A stretch of DNA of 64,000 bases from Chrysomallon squamiferum (lineage: Eukaryota > Animalia > Mollusca): assembly GCA_012295275.1 (NCBI GenBank), contig CM022671.1:13950001-14014000 (forward strand). The letters run 5' to 3'. The notes beneath the pieces were generated by a model, which saw only the letters and a list, made by a program, of their open reading frames with translations, made no database searches and was not told where the DNA came from. The translations under genes were made by a program, and so were the position numbers. This document shows positions 12,539 to 25,880 of this stretch, one piece after another; the stretch's first letter is position 1; every line of letters begins with the position of its first letter.

Positions 12539-15500
12539 ATGGAGGAGCCACTCCTCTCTTACCCACAGGAGCAGTCAGTATACCAAAGAGCACCAGTATT
12601 TTATCGTAAAGCATCGGAACCGTTCCCGTTGGGAAGAAAATCTCGGAGGTTTTCTCTAAAACAGGGACCTCTAGAATCGCGAGTGTTCGGAAGAAAAGTA
12701 ACAAGACAAAAAGCTGGCCATGACAGTGTAAGCTGAAGTTTATTATTTCATGTTACTTGCTGTAATGTTATTTATATCGTATATTTAAAGCGTATACTTT
12801 ACGTGAGACGTTAATGATTCTTTTGTTGGAGCATCATAATCGTTTTGGTTTTTTAATTTCACAAATGCTTATGAAGAGGTGTATTTTAATTATTAAAATA
12901 CAATTATTTCGTTTATTTATTTATTTGCATAGTCGAATCATAAGGATTGTTTAAAATCGCCAATTAAAACAAAATCATAAACAAATGAATAATTATTCTT
13001 TAAATTGTACCAGCTGACGACCCATTCCAATTACATTTAAATATTATTATCTAGATTTTTACAAACCACTGCATACGAGTTTTTCATTTACCATCGTCTC
13101 CAAAATTAGACAGTCTACATTTTGATTCAAAGACATAATATTTATGAAAGAATGCGGAATATGACTTCCGCGTCGGACGGATTTTTATATAAGAGATGTA
13201 ACAGCTTTGATGTTGATGTTTCATTATCGTCCGATCATGTACAGCTGATGTTCAGGATAACCATCTCAGAACTTAGAAGAATTAACTGCCAGATAAATAG
13301 TTGTGCACATATACTAGTGAACTTATATGGTTATAAATCATATGGTTTAGAAATACATTCATGTACTCATAAGCAGCATGATATAGCTTTACATACATTT
13401 TCCTATAGATAGGAAGTGACGTGCCTCGGAAAAATAAGATTTATATACTGAAGAAAGCCGATTCTGGAATCCAGCACTCAAAACACTAGCCTGCAACATA
13501 AGGAATTAGAATGAAAAACGTACACATACATACAAATATAATTTATAGTCTTTGACTTTATAGAAATCAGAGCAGAAAAAACCCAACAAAAAACCAGCTA
13601 TAAAAGTTGTTTAGGTGTCTTTCGTTTTCCTAATTTTTTTTTTAAATTTTTTTTGTATTTCATATTTTCGAAATGGTCTGTAATTATATACTTTTACTTG
13701 AACAAAGAAATTAAATTCACATAACTAACTATACACTGATCGCAGAAAAACCAAATCAACAAAAAACCAGCAACACAATCAATCTCTTCTGAACTTTGTA
13801 TTTTGGATTTGGGGGTGTAGTCAGTATTTTCCTTTACACTCTGATCTTTTATACAAAATTATGTTTGATTTCAATAAACCCACAAAACTGTCTTTCTAGA
13901 ATATCTATGACACCTCAAAATGCGATATAAATATGCTCTTTTAAGCATTTCAACTGAATTTTACAGACAATAAGCATTGAATATTCATTTTCATATTTTT
14001 TAGATGTGCAGGTAAATTAGCAAATAATACACAAGCCATATCTTTTTTAGAATTGAATGTAAATCATTAATTCTACAAGCTTTCAAAATTCGTACTAGAA
14101 ATATGATCATTGTGAGAATTATCAAAAAGTTTGTCTTCTCAGAAATAAATAATTTAAAAAATTAGTTATGAGTATCTTACTGCACTGTACTTCCTTCAGT
14201 ATGTTTTGTTGATTTTACATTTTACTTTATTACTTTTACAATTTACTTAATTTTAACTTTTTTTAACTTTTTTTAACTTTTTTTAATTTTCTCATTTACA
14301 TATATTTAAAATTTTCTTTTTTTAGCTCTTATTGTCAGCACACGGTATCAAGAAACTCTTTTTCTTTTCTTTCTTTCTTTCTTTCTTATTATTAATATTA
14401 CTTTATTTTTATTTATTTTTTATTTTGAATATTGTTTAGAGACAGATATCTTCCATTTGTTGTGAGTCATGAATAGAAAAGCATGAATCCTGTAATGAAA
14501 ATAATAAAGGTGTAATTCTGACTGGGCTAAACACTGTCTACTACCAGCCGTCTTCATCTGTTTGACAACTAAAATATTCCCAATTGTTCTAAAAGAGAAG
14601 ACTGAATTTTAATTTTTCATAAACCAATGACAGAGAGAAAGTAGTTACCTGCCCAGATTCGGGGGGGGGGGGGAATTGGGAAAAGCAAGAAAAACATTAT
14701 ACTTGTATTTTCTTTTTCTATCAAAATAATCTCTCTTTTCCCCTTAATCAAGGAGATCTTATAGGTCTAGTCTCTAGATTGTGTGGATGATCACAATAAG
14801 AAATAAGGGACCTAAACTATTTTTGGAAATTTCTATTTTTGTTGGTTTCTGAATGTTTAATTAGAGTACATGCTTTCATTTTTGAAATAATTTCCAGCTA
14901 ATTTATTTGTACATTCTTTTTTCTTCTTTTTCTTTTATTTTTCTTTATTTATTTTTTTCTAATTGCAGAGTTTAAAATAGATTTTAAAAATATTGAGGAT
15001 ATTTGTTGTTTGTTTTACATTTTATTTTTCTTCTATTTTTAAGTTTGTATTGTTCACTGTCATATACAAATATTTACTGAAATATAGTTATTTTAATTTT
15101 TTTTATTTATGTTTTTAATTATTTTATTACTGTTATTTTTGTTTTTATTTATTTAAAATGTGTTTGGAACAAACAGTAAGGAATATAATATTACTGTATG
15201 CAAAGAGAAACATCACAGTGTCTTTGCTGTCATCTTCATTGTACCAGTAATTCCTTTATCATTGAATTTGTTAACGTGATTTATTTTAACAAATCTGCAG
15301 AAAATGGATGAATTAAAAATAAATGTATTATATATTTTCTTACAACTTTTGTCCTTCTTCTTTTCTCTTTTTATGTCTCTCTCTCTGTTTAGATTTTCTT
15401 TTCCTCATTCTTTTTCTTTTGTCATATTTTTCTTTCTTTGTTTTTCTTTAACTCTTTCGTCTATTCTTTTTGGTTGTATTAAATTTGGTTGTTAATTTAA

Positions 15501-15776
15501 TTAACAGCAGAAATAGGTTATTTTATTATAACTGCAAAAGCACACACACGGATACTTTCTCGATTTTCTTTTAAAGCTTTATATGTAACACTTCCTTCTT
15601 TTCTTGTTAAGCAGTATATCAACAATCTGCTTTCATTTTTTCCCAGCCTAGATCGAAGAAATGGAAGTTTAAATTGTGGGCTAATATAGCAATCTTGCTT
15701 CGACGTGCCTGTGAAGAACTTATTGAAAAAGGAAGGTTAATTACAAACTTATATTTTAAAAAAACAAACAAAAAAG

Positions 15777-15843
<67 letters not shown>

Positions 15844-17341
15844 AAAAATATTATCAAAGAATGATTAATTGCAGGAGGACAGACAACAATCCATTTTATT
15901 CCCAAATAGAATCCTGTGATCCAGTTGAAAGCAAACCAGACAAAAAGAATGAAAGAGAAGACACTCAGTATTATCCAATTTTTAATCCAGCTGATTTCAA
16001 GGCTAATACTCAGGTATGTATTGACCTTTTAAAGTAACTGTCCGTATATGTTTTCTAATTTTTTCTTATCAAAACATATGTGACCGAGCTTAATAAGAAG
16101 AATTAGAGAGTGTGAGAAGTTATTTATAATTATACTATGTAATGAAAAAAAATATTGTGAATGAGAAGAAATATCACTGCTAATTATAATATTATTTCCA
16201 GATGCGGCTTTCACGTGAAGCCAAGCGAATTCTGATGAAGCCATCAGAGGAACGAACTGACGATGAAATACATTACGTAAATGAAGATCTGTTCTACATA
16301 AATTACTTATTATTTACTCTACTGTGGTGTCTTTTTCATCGTGATAGTTTAAAAAACAAAACAAACAAAACAAATTCCAACAAAAAAAACCACACATGCA
16401 TGGACGAAGGAAGGAAAGAAATAAATATAAAAATAAAATAAAAAATAGAAAAGCAACTGCAGATAGAAACAGAAGTTTAATTTGTAAATTTGCTTAGCTG
16501 TTATTTGATAGTGTTTATTCAAAGTGTTTTTGGATGCATGTATGTGAATATGTATGTCTACTTGAAATCAGAGAATGAGAGAGTGAGAGAGAGAATAGAG
16601 TATCATACAGAAAAAGAGAAAGAGAATGTACATCTAACCACAATTCTTTACTTGAAAATGCACAAGATAGTTGTCAGTATATTAATTTACAGGCAATGAT
16701 GGCATTAAGTGGACTAAAACTGATTTCTGAATACCCCATAAGAATGCAGCGAAATCTTGCACAGTTTGGATACTTTAAAAGGTGACAATTCGAAAAGTAT
16801 ATAAGTGCTGTTTGACTAATATTATTGCTCATAATGCACAACACTACATGAACTTGAAAATTACCCTATTTGAACTAACACATTCTTTAATACTCTCATT
16901 TCTTTATTAAGTTTCTTATTTTCTGATTTGCTAACAGTGAATTTACATGACTAAAATAAGGCTCATAGAAGAACTTCAGGATACAAACAAAAATGTTTCA
17001 AAATTGCAAACATTAGTGATTTTATATGACTCTGAAATTCGAAAACTTAAACTTAGTAATTTTGCTGCCTCCAACTTACATACATAAAGGTAAATAAATA
17101 TGCACACATGCAACATACAAATGTACTATCATATGTAAATGAAAAGATATTGAAATTAAACTAAATCATTTGTTAACATCATATGTATGTATATTCCAGA
17201 TATAGTCCAAGGAGAATTGTGGTAAAAGAAGGGAAGCGACCAGAGTGCTTTTATTTCATTATCTACGGTAAAGGTGAGATTTATTTACTGCACTCTTTTA
17301 TTTAATATATATCTTTTTTTACACTGAACAATAACAATAAC

Positions 17342-17372
<31 letters not shown>

Positions 17373-18015
17373 TAAATAATAATAAATTAAATAATAATAA
17401 ATTAAATAATAATAAATAAATAAATGAATAAATAAATGAAAAATTTAAAGAAGTAAATATGTGTATGTGTGTTTATTTTACTTTGATTAAGAAAAACAGC
17501 TGCTGCTATTACATAGTGGTCTCTTAAAAATTAGCATTTAAGCATGTTTGATTATGCACATTCTCATACTTTGTCAAAAAATGATGAGTCACAGACTGAA
17601 AGGCTAAATAACGCTGCTGAAACACAAAGGAGGACTAACCCTTCAGTCTATACATTTCTGAGAATCTCAACTGTACAAGTTTGTGTTGAAGATAAATAAA
17701 GTGTTTTTTTTGTAGGGTTTTTTCTCTTGTGGAAATAAACACATAATTGTTATTTTTATTTTAGTGTATTTATCTCTTTCTATAACGTCTCACTGGGCTG
17801 AACTTGAGATTTATGTTTGTTTGATTAATGTACAACCCACAGAAAAAAACCCATTAAAGCTTTAAATAACAAAAAACAAAAAATTTTAAAATTTTAAAAA
17901 GAGTTAAAAAATTAAATGACCTGCAGCAGTGACAAACATTTAGCAGGTGTTTGGGATTATAATAATCCCAAAGAAAAACAATTTATTTTACATTTTTTAT
18001 AATTAATTAATTATT

Positions 18016-18062
<47 letters not shown>

Positions 18063-18978
18063 TTATTATTGTTATTATTGTTATTATTTATTTATTTATT
18101 AAGTATTACTAGTATACAGGATTACTGTATATAAAATAATATTATTAAAATATGCTGATAGGTTCAAGCAGCCTCAGAAGTGGCAGGAAAGTTTATCATT
18201 ACACAAAAACAAAACAAAAATATACGTGACAATTAATAACCATTGATAGTAGAATGTGTTGAGATATCACAAAGCAAATATTGTTAGTTCATAATCACAT
18301 TATTCATACAGTTTTAGTAGCTGTTCTGCAGACAAGTGGTTACGCAGAGACCAAAGTGGAGCTGTCATCAGGCCGCAGTTTCGGGGTAAGTCCATCAAAT
18401 CTAAACCAGAAGTATAGAAAATCTAATATTTAAACAACTGAATAAACATTCCCTAGTGTCAGACTGTTAACCTCTGCACAAAACGTTTTAGTAAGAACAA
18501 TAAGTATACATGTTATTGTTATGTATTATGGAATGAGAAAATATGATTTCCATTTTAGCCAAAGTCAATATGTCTATAACGGACTTCTTTTCTTCTTCTT
18601 TTATTTTATTTTCCTTTTAGCATAAATACTAAAAAGAATAATCAGAATTTGTTTCATTTGTTTGTTTGCTTTTAACTGTATTTTGTGTGTTTGTTTGTGC
18701 ATACATATAGATACAAATGAAAATAAATGTGCGTACCAAGGTGCTATTGTAAGAGTGTAAACATACTTGCATTATACACACAGACATTCATTTACATACA
18801 TAAACACAGACATACAGGCATTTATATACATACATACATAGACATACAGACTGTATAAGAAAGATGAACAGACAGATATATAAATTCATTTATACATTCA
18901 TACACACATACAAACATACATACATACATACACATATACATACATTTATACATAAATACATCAGACAGACATATACAC

Positions 18979-19020
<42 letters not shown>

Positions 19021-20225
19021 ATACAATACATATGTACATTCACATATTAATATACATATTGGCCTCTTTATGTGTAGGAGTGTTTAATGTATATGTATAT
19101 ATATATATATATTAATCTACATACAAATATTATACATGGATATAATCAGGAATTGGCAATCGTCAATGGAAGTAATCGACAGTCCTCGGTTGTAACGAAG
19201 ACGTACACAGAGTTTCTCAGCATTTCAGATGAGGTGAATCATAAAATGAAAATAAATTACTTTACCACTCAACAACAACAACAATAATAAATATACGATG
19301 CACAATTAAAAACAATTGATAAAACTGTTCCTGTTATTTATTTTTGAGTTCATGAGAAAATTAGTCCGTGTAAAGCAGAGGTTCTCAGTTTTATTTCAAA
19401 CTGTACCCCATATTGCAATCATTTCAGTGCTTATTAAAAGTTATTCTTTTTTCCCTGCTGCTGAGAGAGGAACTTTGTTTGTTTTAACTGTTTGAAACTT
19501 TTAATCAGGCACCTGATTTCAACCATCTACCCACAGTTTTTGTCAAACTGAAAATAGTGCCATGCTCAACAGTGTTAGTAGAAGAATATGTTCAGTAGAT
19601 ATACTGATATTTATCATTCTCTAAGTGGCTTTTACATAGTGTTTTTATTTTTTATATCTGCCTCTTCTGGATTTTTCTTGTCTTCCAAAGTTTGAAAACC
19701 TCTGGCATAAAGAAAAAGGCAAGTGTAAATAAAACCTTGTCATTCTAAAGATTAAACTATGAACACATACTACATCATTGTCCCTGTAGCACTGTTAACT
19801 ATTTATTTTTATCAAATGTTTAACTGTACAATAACTTTCAGTGATTAATAAATCATTTGAGTTTTAAGTTAACAGTTTTGCATTTGATTCTTTGTTGTTG
19901 TTTGTTGGTTGGCTTTTGGTGTTTGTTTTCTTTTGTGTATTTATTTATTTATTTTTTTATTTATTTATTTTTTTTTTTTGTGTGTGTGAAATGTTTGTTT
20001 GCTTCTTCTTGTTTTTTGTGAGATTTTAAAATCTTTTTTTTTCTTTCTTGTCTCTTATTTTGTTTTCATTTTTCTTGTAGCGATTTGTTTTTCTTTTATT
20101 TTTCACCTTTTTTGTGGACTTTTTTATTCTTAGCTTTTTTAAAAATCTTTTTGTCTTTTCATTTTTCTTTTTCATTATTTTTTTTTTTGTTTTATTGTTG
20201 TTTATTTTTTGGGGGGCTTTGTGGA

Positions 20226-20271
<46 letters not shown>

Positions 20272-20581
20272 ATAATCATTATTTGCTTATTTATTTATTA
20301 TCTTTATTATTATTATTATTTTTTTTTTTTTTAATACAGTCTATTTTGTTTGTTTATTTGTTAAGTAAATATAAACCAAATTATTATCTTCCTTATCTTG
20401 CACTGTATAAATAGTATAAGAATACTTGCAAAATGAGATGTAATTAATTTTTCAGGTTTATGTGAAAATATTTATGGTAGGAGGAGCCAAGCACATCAAG
20501 GATCCAGATCAAGAAAACTTTCTTAGGTAAAATGTTTTTAATACTAAAAGGTTATTGTAATAATATTTTTATTACTAAAAG

Positions 20582-20679
<98 letters not shown>

Positions 20680-21179
20680 TAGTAGTAGTAGTAGTAGTAT
20701 AGTAGTAATATTGTAGTAGTTGTGGTAGTGGTGGTGATAGTAAGAGTAATAGTAATGGTAGTAGTAATAGTAATAGCTGCAGTAGTAGTACTAGTAATAG
20801 CAAGAGGAGTAAGAGGAATAGTAGAAGCAATAATAGTAGCAGAAGTAGTTGTCATTTTAGCAATAATTATTATAATAGTAATGGTGTGAGAACATTATGT
20901 TAGTGATAGTTGTGGTAATAATAATCATCATTGTGGTGGTGATATGAAAACAGGGATAATGCTGATTATGACTGTTACTTCTAAAGATTCTGAACATATT
21001 TTATAACATTGTTTTATTATTACGTTTCAGATCTCTCAACTTTCTACAGGGATGGCCAATTGAGTTGTTTGAGAAATATGATCCTAAGAATTTTACTTTC
21101 AGTTATTTTAAGTAAGGTTAAATAATAATATTTACAAAATTATTTCGGTAACTTATGATTTTTATTTCTTTATTTTTAC

Positions 21180-21236
<57 letters not shown>

Positions 21237-24200
21237 AATAACAGTTAAAGAAATTTGTTTTTTTTACTTACGTGGTTTGTGGTTGGTTTTGTTTTTGTTT
21301 GATCATGAGGAAGATTTATTTTGTGAGGTTTGTTGTTGTTAGTTCCCTACATCCTTGATACCATAAAGTGAGAAATATCTCTTTAGAGTCGCTGTATTTA
21401 AACCATTATTCTAATAGTCTACAAAATGAAAAGAATATTTGGATATCATGTTTTGTGTAATTTACATACATGTTTCTGCCAATTTTTATTATTATTATTT
21501 TTTATATATTAACAGACGCAACACTGTCATCGTTCGGAACAGCAATCTTTCTGACTGGATTTTTATCGTGAAATCTGTAAGTAATAAATAATCTTGTTGG
21601 TTCATGTTAGGTTGACATCAACCTTTCCGTAAATAAACTCATCATAATAAATTTTAATTACATGTACTTGTTAACATATAAATCTGAATGTGTTTAGGGT
21701 TCCATCACAGTGCTAAAGAAGCTGGTGAAAGTAAGACACACCTTAAATCGATCTAGATCCCGAATATCCACAAAGTCACCATTGGACAGATACCTAGCCT
21801 TTCAAGAGAGAGACAACGACTACTGGATCTACAGCTTGTCAAAACTGGACCAGTATGACAGTTCCACGGACTTCACTGATGACGATTCCTTTTCTAGTTA
21901 CTCTGTGCAGAGCAGACCATATACATGTCAAACCTATCCCAAAGTAAATCGTCGGCGCCGCAACGCACGAGTTTCCCAATCAGCCGGAATGGTGAAGGTT
22001 TCAAGCAGTCAGCAGCTACATAAGGTCAAAGAATTTTATTTTTCATTTCAATAAATTTAAAACGCATCGTCAGGTCAACAAAGATTTTATTTTATTATTT
22101 CGAGTAAATGATAATTGTGAGAACAGTGTTAAACTTTATAAATCTCTTTGACAGCTAAATTTATCTCTAACCCTAGTGCATAACTAGACTGTTGTAATAA
22201 TATATAAGTATATGTCTGAAAAATACATTTGAAAACATTTATTAAAGTAAAAAGAGTGTTTTGTTTTCCAAAAGTATTTCTGCAGTTCACTATAGGAATC
22301 ATTTCAATTGTTTTTAATTTTTATTATTTTTTATTATTTATTTTTTATCATCGTCATCATCATTATTATTATGAAAATTCAGGATATTTAGCACAACTAA
22401 TATCGTATCAAATTACATTCTTAATGACTCTAAAGTCTAAAAAGAAAATAAAACTAAATTAAATACATATTTTTGGTTTCCTACAGATAAAGCAGCCTCA
22501 AATAAAATCTGTAACCGACCTGCCTAGGCTGAAGCCAAGTTTCATTTCAGGTCAGTTGTAAGAATTGTGCATGTCTGAGCACTGCAGCTTTAAAGACATT
22601 GTCTTTATTTTGTTCAGTAATTTCTTTTCTTCTTGTTTATATTATTGTTGTTGTTGCTGCTGCTGCTGTCATGGATATGGAAAATGGTGGTTTGTCTTTA
22701 GTGTTTGCATGCATGAATGCGTATATGCATAAATTCATTAAATATCTAAATAATTATTTTTCACTGAAATCAACAATTATTAAAATAAATAAATAAACAG
22801 AGATAATAATTTTATTTAGTAAGATGATTTTTTTTTTTTCAGCTTTAGGTAATTTGACAGAAAACGAGGAAAATGATGCATTTTGTAGAAATATTCGCAC
22901 ACATATAGACGATCTAAATGCTGCATACAAAGCAAAGGTAAAGATATATATATATATATCAGTGATACCCGATGTGGGGCCTACGCCCCACTGGGGGACA
23001 ATTCAATAATAATAGGGGGGCAATATGAAAAATATAGTAATATCAACATTTGTTTTTTATTTTACCCTATATGGGTAAAAATTATAAATTTATAGGATAA
23101 AATTGTAATTACAATCTTACAGTCGTCTCGAAAATCATTTGAAGGTAAAACACAGTAGTCATGATAATTCAAAACTGGAGTATTTTAAATCCCTAAAGGA
23201 GAAGTTTGAAAAAAGATCAATAATAAATTCATTGTTCTCTGCAAGAAGTGCAAGCAAGGATTGTGGTCTTGAGGCTAGTTATGAAATTTCTCTTGTCATA
23301 GCAAAATGGGGCAAATATCATACAATAGAGGAGAATTTAATTAAGCCCACAATATCAACTTTTCTGAAAGTAGTTCTTGAAAAAGATGACCAAGATCTCA
23401 AAATCATGCCGCTCAGTAATAATACTGTTAGTAGCAGGATTGATGAAACGAGTTGTGATGTAGAAGTACAACTTGTTGAAAAATTAAAGTATAGTACAGA
23501 TGGATGAATCAACTGTAAGAGATAGTGAAGCTCTGTTAATGGCCTATGTAAGATATGTTGATAATGGAGAATTTATTGAGGATATACTATTTTGCGAAAC
23601 ATTAGAAACCACCACTATTGCAATTGATATATATAAGAAATTAAAAACATATTTAGATGATAAGCAGATACCAATGGAGAACATTATATCTTGTGCTGCA
23701 GACGGTGCTCCAGTGATGATGGGCAAGAAAAATGGAGTTCTAAAATCATTGAAAGACGACAATCCCCAAATGTTGTTAGTGCATTGTGTTATTCATAGAC
23801 AGAATTTAGTTTCCAAAAACGTTTCCCCTGTTCTAAACGAGACATTGAATGCAGTTATAAAATGCATCAACACTATAAAAGCTAATGCCAGATGTGAGTG
23901 TCTTTTCAAACAATTTTGCTAGGATCAAAATGAGGACTATGTAAGATTATTACTTCATACTGATGTAAGGTGGTTATCAAAGGGGAATTGCCTGAAAATA
24001 TTCATGGAATTATTTGATATTCTTAGTGAGTTCTTGGATGACAAACCTTATATGACTCTGTTACTGACAGTTGATGGTAAAGCACTTGTCAGTTATTTAG
24101 CAGATATATTTGAAAAATTCAATGTCTTAAATAAGGAGCTCCAAGGAACAAATATGACTCTTGTTAATTCAAAGGCCAAGATATTTGGCTTTATATCATT

Positions 24201-25843
24201 TCTGGAATTATCCCAAGAAAATATTTCTGTCAAAAAATTTGAAATGTGAGGTAACAGATGCTACTTGTCTTGTTATTGTGGAGCACTTAAAAATAATGGT
24301 AAGCGATTTCAACTTCAGATTTTCTGATTTGAAAGAAATTAATTATCCATCTTGGATGACTCAGCCATTGCTAGTGGATCTGTCAGATGTAACCATGGAG
24401 TATCAAGAACTTTCAGAATTACAAAATGATGACTCGATTAAAGCCCTGTTCAAAATAAAAGGAACAATGATGTGGCTCTGTGAAAAAACACAAGCTAAAT
24501 ATCCAAATACAAGCAGTTTGGCAAGAAAACTACTGTTACCATTCCCATCGTCATACTTAGTGGAATGTGGATTTAGTGCTATAAATGACTTATTACTGAA
24601 GAAAAGAAACCGACTGGATATCACTAAACGAGGCGACTTGAGATTGAAATTAACAAAATTTCTGCCTCGGATAAAACCTCTTTGCAGTAGACATCAGGCT
24701 CAGGGGTCTCATTAATTGATTGTAATTGAATTTATTTAATCTGATGGTAGATATGTTATACACATTATAAAATGGATTTTATTTGATTAAATTTGAAGTT
24801 AAACCCCTTAGTTTTATTTGAAAGATACAATTTGTTATGTTATACTTCTTCAAAACTGATATTGTTACATCATACTAAACAATTAATTGATATTGTTATA
24901 TCAAACTAAACAATTAACTGATATTGTTATATCATACTAAACAGTTAACTGTGTTTGTGTTTGTGTGTGTGTATAAAAGGAAAGATACGATTCTATAAAT
25001 GTATGCCTTCCATGACAGCCTTCTCACCATATTACTAAACAATGAACTGATATTGTGTTATATCATACTAAACAATTAACGGGTGGGGAACATGAAGAAA
25101 TTTGTGATAAAAAAGTGGGGCATGGTACTAAAATGGTTGGGAACCACTGACACACACACACACACACACACACACACTTAGAGAGAGAGAGAGAGAGAGA
25201 GAGAGAGTGTGTGAGTGAATGTGTGTGCTTGCTCAAGCTAAACAGTTTCTGTTGTTATTGTTTGTGAGTCTAGACAATATGAAAAGTTACTGGCACTCAG
25301 TTCTAACTACAAGTATAATTTCCCCCAGGAACATTTTGAGACAGAAGCCGATTTGAACCCTCAGTTTGTACATATACAGAAGCTTACAAACGGTGATGTA
25401 TTTGTAAGTACATTCACTTTTCATTAAACATACAGTGATTGATAATTAAGATAATTATTTTACTTCTCAGAACATTTGAACCCAAATTTGTCTCATCTAG
25501 TCCAGGATCCAAAGTCATTTCAGGTTTTGTCAAAACAATAATTTTTATGAATATAATCACATAACTGATATCAATAAGAAAATCATATTTATATCAGGAG
25601 ACAGAAAAATGTGTTGAGCACCTTGAAATAAAATATTGCTTTTTTAACACACACACACACACATATTTATTTATTTATTTATTTATTTGAGGGTCTGTCA
25701 CAGATTTTGTTTGAAGATCAACCTAGTCTTTCTCTGGTGAGCAATGGTTCAGAGTGCATGTTATTAAAGAAGAAGTTTTTTCTTGACAACTGTCCTCGGG
25801 ATGTCATCTTGAGATTGAGACGCGAAGTCAGTATCAAACAGCA

Positions 25844-25880
<37 letters not shown>

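Larger units (their letters stand above)
22960..25149 (+). mobile_element. decayed hAT (Buster; ZBED5/ZBED8/SCAND3-related) DNA transposon, ~2.19 kb, inside a CNBD intron
   Basis: Imperfect terminal inverted repeats: CAGTGATACCCGA on the left versus CAGTGGTTCCCAA (reverse complement) on the right. Internal transposase fragments. It lies between host exons 22843-22937 and 25329-25403. Confidence 0.9.

Noticed and set aside
18780-19115. Overlapping His/Thr/Ile/Tyr and Met/Tyr/Val/Cys ORFs
   Set aside because: These are translations of a degenerate (CATA)n/(TA)n microsatellite in a CNBD intron.
23139-24715. Domesticated ZBED/SCAND3-like host gene
   Set aside because: Two frameshifts, a premature stop, a truncated BED finger and retained TIRs indicate a dead transposon.
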